Assembly: GCA_965215335.1 (NCBI GenBank)
Contig: CBDCDA010000002.1
Coordinates: forward strand, 1,088,001 to 1,152,000
Source of the DNA: an uncultured Candidatus Entotheonella sp.
GTDB lineage: Bacteria; Tectomicrobia; Entotheonellia; Entotheonellales; Entotheonellaceae
DNA: 64,000 nucleotides
Direction of reading: 5' to 3'
Both the position numbers and the translations under genes were made by a program. Numbering within the stretch: position 1 is the first letter of the stretch; each line of letters starts with the position of its first letter. The notes below the pieces were generated by a model. It was not told the DNA's origin and ran no database searches. It saw only the letters and a program-made list of their open reading frames with translations. Of the stretch, positions 57,381 through 64,000 are shown piece after piece.

Positions 57381-58529
57381 TCAGCCCTTCTTCAACGCCG
57401 GAATCACGTCCCGTCCCAGCAGTTCCAGGGAACGCATGACCGCCTTGTGCGGCATGGCGCCGGCCTGAGCCTCCAGCAACAGGGAGCCAAAGCCGAGCCG
57501 CTCCTGCATGTGGCCGAGCTTTTCCAGCACGGTCTGCGGGCTGCCCACCACCAGGTGATAGGCGTCCTGCAATTCCTCGTAGGTAAGCAGGTGCAGCGGC
57601 TTGCGGTCACCGCTCGGCGCGCCGCCGCGGTGCGGACGCAGGGGCCGCCGGCGCCCGAGGTAGCCCGGCGGCGCCCAGTACTCCACGGGGCCGCGCAGCG
57701 GATGCCCCATGCGCCACAGGTAATGCTTGCCGATCGTCTGCGCCTCCTCGTCCGTGTCCGCGCACACGCAGCACACCATGTAGGCAAAATTATCTGATGT
57801 GGCCTCGTGGCCGGCCGCGGTGGCGTGTTCCCGGTAGGCGTCATACAGGCGCACCGTGGCGTCCATCGGCACCAGGAACGCGGCGTACGTGTAGCCGTGC
57901 TGCGCCGCCCACACGATGGTCTCCGGGCTGCCGGTGCCCGGCACCCAGATCGGCGGGTGCGGCTTCTGCACCGGCAGCACCCAGGGATTGATGACCCGGA
58001 AATGGTAGTGGGTGCCTTCCCAGCGAAACGGCCCGGGCCGCGTCCAGGCGGCCAGCATGAGGTCGTGGCATTCCTCGAAGCGCTCGCGGTTGTGGTTCGG
58101 GATGGTGTTGTTGGCCCACGACTCGATGCCGATGCCGCGCACCACCCCGGCGATGATGCGGCCGCCGGAAATGACGTCCGCCATGGCCACCTCTTCGGCG
58201 AGGCGCACCGGGTTGTCGGTCGTCGGCAGCATGTTGCCCAGCAGCAGGATCCTGGCCCGCCTGGTGACCCGCGCCAGCACCGCGGCGGACAGGTTGACCG
58301 CCACGTCCATGCACGACGGCGTGTTGTGGTGCTCGTTGATCATCAGGCCGTCAAACCCCACCTCTTCGGCCCATTGGTACTGGTCGAAATAATCCCTGAA
58401 CAGGCCGTGCGCGGTGTTGGCGTCGAAATAGGCGTTGGGGAAGGTCAGGCGCATGGAGGGGTAGCGCTCCGCTTCCGTCTCGTCGAAGGCGGCGTAGGGC
58501 ATCTCGGTGAAGTAGTAGACGTCGACCAT
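57381..58529 (-). CDS. LLM-class flavin-dependent oxidoreductase
   Basis: GFDGLMINEHH, PVRLAEEVAMADVISGGR and PVQKPHPPIW. Confidence 0.92.
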   Translation of the reverse strand: MVDVYYFTEMPYAAFDETEAERYPSMRLTFPNAYFDANTAHGLFRDYFDQYQWAEEVGFDGLMINEHHNTPSCMDVAVNLSAAVLARVTRRARILLLGNMLPTTDNPVRLAEEVAMADVISGGRIIAGVVRGIGIESWANNTIPNHNRERFEECHDLMLAAWTRPGPFRWEGTHYHFRVINPWVLPVQKPHPPIWVPGTGSPETIVWAAQHGYTYAAFLVPMDATVRLYDAYREHATAAGHEATSDNFAYMVCCVCADTDEEAQTIGKHYLWRMGHPLRGPVEYWAPPGYLGRRRPLRPHRGGAPSGDRKPLHLLTYEELQDAYHLVVGSPQTVLEKLGHMQERLGFGSLLLEAQAGAMPHKAVMRSLELLGRDVIPALKKG

Positions 58530-58549
58530 CTTGGTCTCCTTGATCCCAA

Positions 58550-59338
58550 TCAACCCGCGGTCAGGAAGGGCAGAACGGCGGCGAGGAATGCGTCGGGCCT
58601 TTCGACTTGCGGCGAATGGCCGCAGCGGTCGATCACGGTCAGCGCGGCGCCCGGGATGGCCTGCTGGTACAGTTCGCCGCACTCGACCGGCACGATGGCG
58701 TCCTGCTTGCCCCAGACGATCAGTGTCGGCAGCTTTACCTGGGCCATCAGGTGGGGCATCTTGGGGTTGTGCATGTAGGGTTTCCAGGTCAGCAGGGCGG
58801 CCATTTCACGGTCCCAGGCGGCGGTCTGGAGGTCTTCGTGGGTCAACTCCCCGAACAGGGCGTCGTAGTCCGGCACCTGTGAGGTGTCGTAGAACCGCAG
58901 CGCGACTCCTTCCTCAATGGTCATCAGGAAGATGTCGGCGATCTCGGCGTCGCGGGGTTTCATGCCGGCGGCGCCAACCAGCACCATGCGGCTGAGGGAC
59001 GCCGGATACATGGCGGCCATCTCTGCGGCCAGCCAGCCGCCCATGGAAAAGCCGATCACCGGCAACGGGCCGAGCCTTCTCTCCTCCATGAACCAGCGGT
59101 AGAAATAGGCCAGATCGTGCACCCGCTCCATCCAGTCGGGTCGGTCTGACGCGCCGAAGCCGGGGTGCGACGGCGCGATCACCCGAAAACGTGCCGCCAG
59201 TGCCTCGCAGTACGGCATCCAGCCCGGATTGCCACCGGCGCCGTGCAGTACCAGCAGCGGCTCGCCGCTGCCGCCGCTGAAGACCTGGGTGTCAAGGCCC
59301 GCTACGGTTATCGTTTCTTCCCGCCAATCGCTCGCCAC
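58550..59338 (-). CDS. Alpha/beta hydrolase
   Basis: LHGAGG, PGFG.S, GFSMGG and CGHSP. Confidence 0.92.
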   Translation of the reverse strand: MASDWREETITVAGLDTQVFSGGSGEPLLVLHGAGGNPGWMPYCEALAARFRVIAPSHPGFGASDRPDWMERVHDLAYFYRWFMEERRLGPLPVIGFSMGGWLAAEMAAMYPASLSRMVLVGAAGMKPRDAEIADIFLMTIEEGVALRFYDTSQVPDYDALFGELTHEDLQTAAWDREMAALLTWKPYMHNPKMPHLMAQVKLPTLIVWGKQDAIVPVECGELYQQAIPGAALTVIDRCGHSPQVERPDAFLAAVLPFLTAG

Positions 59339-59425
59339 GCTGGTTCTCCTGTCGCTCGCTGCGTTCCGCTACTCCGTTCCCTGCGCACGCCTACGCTTTG
59401 CTTGCGGCGTGCCGTGGACGCGCCG

Positions 59426-59887
59426 CTACGCCAGGTCGCCGACGACGCGCAGCATCTCCCGCGGGTCCGGAAGGATGCCCGGCGAACAGGCCTGCCGGTA
59501 ACGGATGACGCCGCCCTTGTCGATGATGATCACCCCGCGCCGCGAGGTGCCTCGCTCCTCGTTCCACAGATCGTATGCCTGCGCCACTTGTCCCTTCGGG
59601 TGCCAATCCGACAGTTCCGGGTACGGCAGGCCGCCCATGGTGGCGGCCCAGGCACGATGCGCGGCGACGTGATCACAACTGATCCCCAGCACCTGGGTAT
59701 CCAGCTCCTCCAGCCGCTCGTGAATACGCCGGAAGGAGACCGCCTGCTCGGTTCAGCCGCCGGTGAAGTCGAAGACGTGGAAGGAGAGAATGACGTGCTT
59801 GTGCCCGCGGTACTGGATCAGGGTGACGTCGCCGTCGGTCGATGGAAGGGTAAACTCGGGCGCTGTCTGACCCACTTCCCCTGCCAT
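59426..59887 (-). CDS. Peroxiredoxin (AhpE/BCP-like), probable selenoprotein with in-frame UGA
   Basis: APEFTLP...SFHVFDFTGG-UGA-TEQ...VLGISCD...LSDW..R.VIIIDK.GVIRY in one continuous frame; UGA at 59753-59755 at the peroxidatic position. Confidence 0.85.
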
Positions 59888-60095
59888 GGTGTGTCCTTTC
59901 GGTTGAGGATTTGCGTGCGGGTGTGCGGCTTCAGGTTCGGGAACGGCGACAGTATAGCGCAATTCGGGTTGGCCGCCCAAAGCGCCGTGGACGTCAGGCA
60001 AAGCGTTGTTTTTGCTTGACTCGCCTGGGGCAGAGGCATAGGGTGACGACATCATATCGGCTCATGGTTCTTTGGATTGCGTAGGGAGGGTCAAG

Positions 60096-61346
60096 ATGGC
60101 AAAGCCAGTCAGTCACGTGGTAACACGACCGGGAAGACGACAGGGTGATGCGGACGTCACGATTCCTGTTGCCGAAGAGCTCGCCACCGTACCGGGAATT
60201 CCTCTCAAGGAAGAAGACCTCAGCTTCTACAGCCGGGTGTACCCGCAGGAAACGCAAAACATCGAGAAAGCCGCCGACCGCGAGTGGGTATGGACGGTCT
60301 ACAGCGACGAGATGGCCGACTACCGGCGCTATCACGATGAGGTCAGCAAGCCGCTCATCGACGCCGCCGCGGTGTCCGGCGATCTGGAGCCGACCGGCAC
60401 GCCGGACCCGGAGCTGAACGTCACCGAGGCCATTCGCAGCAAAGCCCGCGAGCTGGGATTCAACGAAGTCGGGTTCACCAAGCACGACAAGCGCTTCACT
60501 TACACCCGCAAGAAACGCTGGATCAAGTACCCGCACGCGATTTGCCTGGCCCTGGAACAGGATTACGTGCAGACGCAGTCCATCCCCAGCATGGACGCGG
60601 AATACGCCCACTTCGGCACCTACGAGATGGAGGGCGCGTTCCTGCTGGACCTGGCCGACCATATCCGCTCCCTGGGCTATCACGCCCAGGTGCACAGCCC
60701 CAATGACAACAGCGCCCCGTACATTCCCATGTTCGTCAGCGCCGGCCTGGGCCAGCTCGGCGCCAACGGCCAGTTGCTGTCGCCGCATTTCGGGTCGCGC
60801 GCCCGCCTGGCGATGATCACCACCGACGCGCCGGTGACATACGACGAGCCCGTGGATTACGGCATTCACGAGTTCTGCCAGCGTTGTCAGGTATGCGCCA
60901 ACCGCTGCCCCGGTCGCGCCATCGTGCGCGACAAGGTGTGGTGGCGCGGTGTCGAGAAGAACAAGCTGATCTACGAGCGCTGCCGCCCGGTGATGGCGCG
61001 CTACGAAGGCTGCGCCGTGTGCATGAAGACCTGCCCGATTCAGCGCTTCGGCATGCCCGCGGTCATGGAGCATTTTGTCGAGACCGGCGAGGTGCTCGGC
61101 AAGGGCACGCACCTGCTTGAGGGCTACACCTTCAAGGAAAAGGGCTACCACGGTCCCGGCGAATTGCCGCAGTTCGACCGGCAGTTCTTCGAAATCCCGC
61201 ACGGGCGCAAGGAAGACTGGCTGTTCGAGCAGTTCAAGGAACGCCTGATGAAGGAGGGTGTCCCCGAGGAAAGCGGTCTGCAAGCGTTTGCGCAGCAGGT
61301 CAAGGTCATCCTGGATCAGGGGAACTCGACCATCGGCGACGAGTAG
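60096..61346 (+). CDS. Reductive dehalogenase/QueG-like 4Fe-4S dicluster protein
   Basis: ARELGFNEVG, AGLGQLGANG...FGSRARL..ITTD, CQRCQVCANRCP and C...CAVCMKTCP. Confidence 0.85.
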   Translation: MAKPVSHVVTRPGRRQGDADVTIPVAEELATVPGIPLKEEDLSFYSRVYPQETQNIEKAADREWVWTVYSDEMADYRRYHDEVSKPLIDAAAVSGDLEPTGTPDPELNVTEAIRSKARELGFNEVGFTKHDKRFTYTRKKRWIKYPHAICLALEQDYVQTQSIPSMDAEYAHFGTYEMEGAFLLDLADHIRSLGYHAQVHSPNDNSAPYIPMFVSAGLGQLGANGQLLSPHFGSRARLAMITTDAPVTYDEPVDYGIHEFCQRCQVCANRCPGRAIVRDKVWWRGVEKNKLIYERCRPVMARYEGCAVCMKTCPIQRFGMPAVMEHFVETGEVLGKGTHLLEGYTFKEKGYHGPGELPQFDRQFFEIPHGRKEDWLFEQFKERLMKEGVPEESGLQAFAQQVKVILDQGNSTIGDE

Positions 61347-61440
61347 GGTTCAGCCGACGAATTGACGAATGACGTAACGCACGGGGCCGGCGCGGTTAGC
61401 TGGCCCCGTTGTGTTTCTGGCACCAGAAGGAGGGAAGGGG

Positions 61441-61626
61441 ATGTTTGAGAAGGACCACCTGGACGCCTTGTTTATCGAGCTGGACAGCGAATGGCGCGGC
61501 TCGGCCGATTTCGACCAGCTGACCCGCGACGCCCACCTCGGCATCGCCCTCTGCGACGCCGGCCGGCCCCTGGAGGACCGCATCGACCCGCGCGTGATCG
61601 CGCTGATCGACAAGCACAAGCCATAG
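61441..61626 (+). CDS. Small hypothetical protein
   Basis: Purine-rich RBS; host-like codon usage. Confidence 0.6.
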   Translation: MFEKDHLDALFIELDSEWRGSADFDQLTRDAHLGIALCDAGRPLEDRIDPRVIALIDKHKP

Positions 61627-61673
61627 TGCCCGCGTGTGAACCCATACTGATCGCTTGGGAAAGGATTACGCCG

Positions 61674-62720
61674 ATGGAACTGCAAGACAGCTGTCGTGGC
61701 CTCATGGTCGGCCTCGCGGTCGGCAACTTGCTCGGCATTCTGTGTGAGGGTTGGCCGCGGGAGGAAATCCGCCTCCGCTGGCCCGACGGTGTGCGCGACA
61801 TCGAAGCGAAAGCGGGCTACCCCGACGATGACGACCTGGCGCAGGCCGTCATTCTGGCCGCGGCGTGTCACGGGGCGGAGGCCCTGGACGCCGACAACCT
61901 CGCCCGGCGATTCTGGGTCTGGGGTGAGGAAAACGGCCTTGGCATGGGCCATGCGACGGACATGACACTAACTCACTACGGTGGCAGCCGTCCCAGATGC
62001 TACGGGGCCCGCAAAATGTCTGCGCGCCGGCGCGGCTCGGCGTTGCCGGACTTTCGGGTGGCGCGTGAGCCGGTGGGCTTGCCGGCCCTGGAAGCTTCCC
62101 GTGCGGCTTGGGAAGACTCCGGCGGCAAGGCGGCCGGCAATGGCGCGGTCATGCGCTGCGCACCCGTGGCCATTCGCTGGCGGCATGACGATGTGGCGCT
62201 GGTTCGCAACACCGCCGCCAGCGCTGCGGTCACCCACTGGGATTCCCGCTGCGTTTGGTCCACAGTGTTCGTAAATCTGACCGTCGCTTCGCTCCTGCGG
62301 GAACCGCCAGACGGTTCGTTGCGACTCGTCGAGCGCGCCGAGCGGGCCAGGGAAACGCTTGGCGATGCCTTGGCGCCGTTCGGCATCGACGCGCCCGTGC
62401 CGGCAGCGGTAACGAAGGCGCTGGACGCTGCGGAGATGGCGCCGGAGGAGATCGACCTGGATGGCTGGGACATGGGCTATACCCTCAAGGCCATGCAGGT
62501 GGCGCTGTGGTCCGCGGGCCGGGCCGCGGACTTCGAGGAGGCGCTGATCGCCGTCGTCAACGCCGGCGGGGACACCGACACCAACGGCGCGGTGGCGGGT
62601 GCGGTGCTTGGTGCGCGGTTCGGATTCGACGCGATTCCGAGACGTTGGCGCGACCGGGTTACCAAGTTGCGGGCCGGCCGGGATGCAATGGAGGTATGGG
62701 CTGACCGTCTGATGGCTTGA
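61674..62720 (+). CDS. ADP-ribosylglycohydrolase family protein
   Basis: GLAVGNLLG, PDDDD, AGNGAVMR.AP, TH and GGDTDTNGAVAGA. Confidence 0.9.
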   Translation: MELQDSCRGLMVGLAVGNLLGILCEGWPREEIRLRWPDGVRDIEAKAGYPDDDDLAQAVILAAACHGAEALDADNLARRFWVWGEENGLGMGHATDMTLTHYGGSRPRCYGARKMSARRRGSALPDFRVAREPVGLPALEASRAAWEDSGGKAAGNGAVMRCAPVAIRWRHDDVALVRNTAASAAVTHWDSRCVWSTVFVNLTVASLLREPPDGSLRLVERAERARETLGDALAPFGIDAPVPAAVTKALDAAEMAPEEIDLDGWDMGYTLKAMQVALWSAGRAADFEEALIAVVNAGGDTDTNGAVAGAVLGARFGFDAIPRRWRDRVTKLRAGRDAMEVWADRLMA

Positions 62721-62776
62721 AATTATAGCGGTTTGCGTTCGGGGGCTGGTTTGCCTGCCAATCGGGCCAGTACCTT

Positions 62777-63451
62777 TCATTCGGGCACCCTTCGGCGTCG
62801 GAGATCTCGACAAGCCTTGCTGTCACGCACCCGAAGATACTCGACCAGGAACTCGTCCAGGTGCTGGCTCAAGTTGGAAAGGATGTAGCTACTACCGCCT
62901 TGGCCTGCACTGCCGCTATCCCATGTAGCGGCAAATCCCCATGTAGTGCCATATCCGATTTGACGATTCCAATTTATCAAGGTTCTAACGGTAGGTAGCT
63001 GTAGATAATGGAGAGCAGAGCCGTCTGGGAATCTTGTACTCTGTAAGAGTCCATTAAGATCAGGTAAGGTTCCGTCAGATTTTTCTACTACACTTAGAGT
63101 ACCTATTTCATCAAGAATACGATCATCAAGCAGCGGCCGGCTGTACGTCACGCTGATCGAGTAGAAAGGAAAATGCCCGCTCCCCTTTTCCGGGCGACCG
63201 ACGTTGACATTTACATAGAGCCTGGGGGTTGCCTTTGGGTCGTAGATCCCGGCCGCGCGAAGGCGACTCTCGGCCGCATTCCTGATCGATTCTTCCGTCA
63301 GTCCGCCCTGTACCGCATCTTCCCGTAGGCTCGCAACGATCAGCCCCATTCCCTCATCCGAGGGACATAGAGCAAACAAGTCGTCAGGTGCAGCGAACAC
63401 TGCCGCACTCGTCAACATGAGCATGGCGCAAGCAAAGATCTGTCGGATCAT
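62777..63451 (-). CDS. Hypothetical secreted protein
   Basis: Signal peptide, GGAGG RBS, open frame with an AT-rich internal segment. Confidence 0.65.
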   Translation of the reverse strand: MIRQIFACAMLMLTSAAVFAAPDDLFALCPSDEGMGLIVASLREDAVQGGLTEESIRNAAESRLRAAGIYDPKATPRLYVNVNVGRPEKGSGHFPFYSISVTYSRPLLDDRILDEIGTLSVVEKSDGTLPDLNGLLQSTRFPDGSALHYLQLPTVRTLINWNRQIGYGTTWGFAATWDSGSAGQGGSSYILSNLSQHLDEFLVEYLRVRDSKACRDLRRRRVPE

Positions 63452-63544
63452 GATGCTGCTCCTCCGCGGTGACACCAATGGGTCGTTTGCACGGTCGCCA
63501 CGATGCTTCCATGCCGATTGCACTTGCCACATGACTCAGTGATG

Positions 63545-64000
63545 TTACGCGGCCTTGAGGAGTTGGAGTTCATCAAAGGCATGACGCACCGCCTTGAGAT
63601 AGAGCCGGGTTCGTAAGGCCACGTGATTGAGCCGATGTTGCACACTGAGCCATGTCAGGCGACACGCAGCATAAATCGCCAGAAAACAATGATTGCTCTG
63701 CGTCCGTACCGTTCGGGTCGGCGACTTGGCTAGCGACGCATGGCTCTTGAGCGTCTTGTGATACGTCTCCACGTTCCACCGTTTCTGGTAGATTGTGACG
63801 ATGCCTTCTGCGTCATGCTCGAGGTCGCTGCAAGCCAGATACAAAACCCCGCGGCTGCCGTCTTTGTTTGTAAAGACCTGGCGGACGAGGAGAACCGCAA
63901 AGTCCAGTCCCCTCAAGTAGCCGCGTACCGCTTGGCGTTCCGGCAAGTTCAGCGCCTCTAGGCGTGAGAAGTTTCCTTGGCGTTTGGCCTCGTAGCTCAA
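63545..64000 (-). mobile_element. DDE transposase (IS4/IS701-like), C-terminal part, runs off the window
   Basis: QVFTNKDGS.G.LYL and YQKRWNVETYHKTLK...KSPT....QSNH. Confidence 0.88.

Overview
GC-rich bacterial chromosomal window. The gene repertoire (LLM oxidoreductase, amidohydrolase, TPP enzyme, many decayed IS, TA and R-M remnants) is reminiscent of Tectomicrobia/Entotheonella-like or other sponge-associated bacteria; this is an inference only. Main structure: (i) metabolic and transport genes at 1-15 kb. (ii) An actinobacterial-type sdhC-sdhA-sdhB operon split by an ~11.6 kb decayed tyrosine-integrase element inserted in the last codons of sdhA, with a 12-bp att core, paired arm-like sites and an IHF-consensus site visible. 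(iii) A 24-aa PqqA precursor gene missing from the ORF track, with its own sigma54 promoter, two palindromic enhancer-like repeats and a terminator, lying directly downstream of a di-heme cytochrome c peroxidase-like / sensor kinase / sigma54-activator operon. (iv) Housekeeping and flavoenzyme genes up to queG and tRNA-Asn. (v) A defence island after tRNA-Asn: type I R-M with two embedded gene pairs, an M48-like peptidase, a PHP-ATPase and SRAP. (vi) Aldolases, an LLM/hydrolase pair, a probable selenocysteine (UGA) peroxiredoxin, a reductive-dehalogenase-like Fe-S protein, an ADP-ribosylglycohydrolase and a partial transposase. Family assignments come from motif recognition, not database searches.
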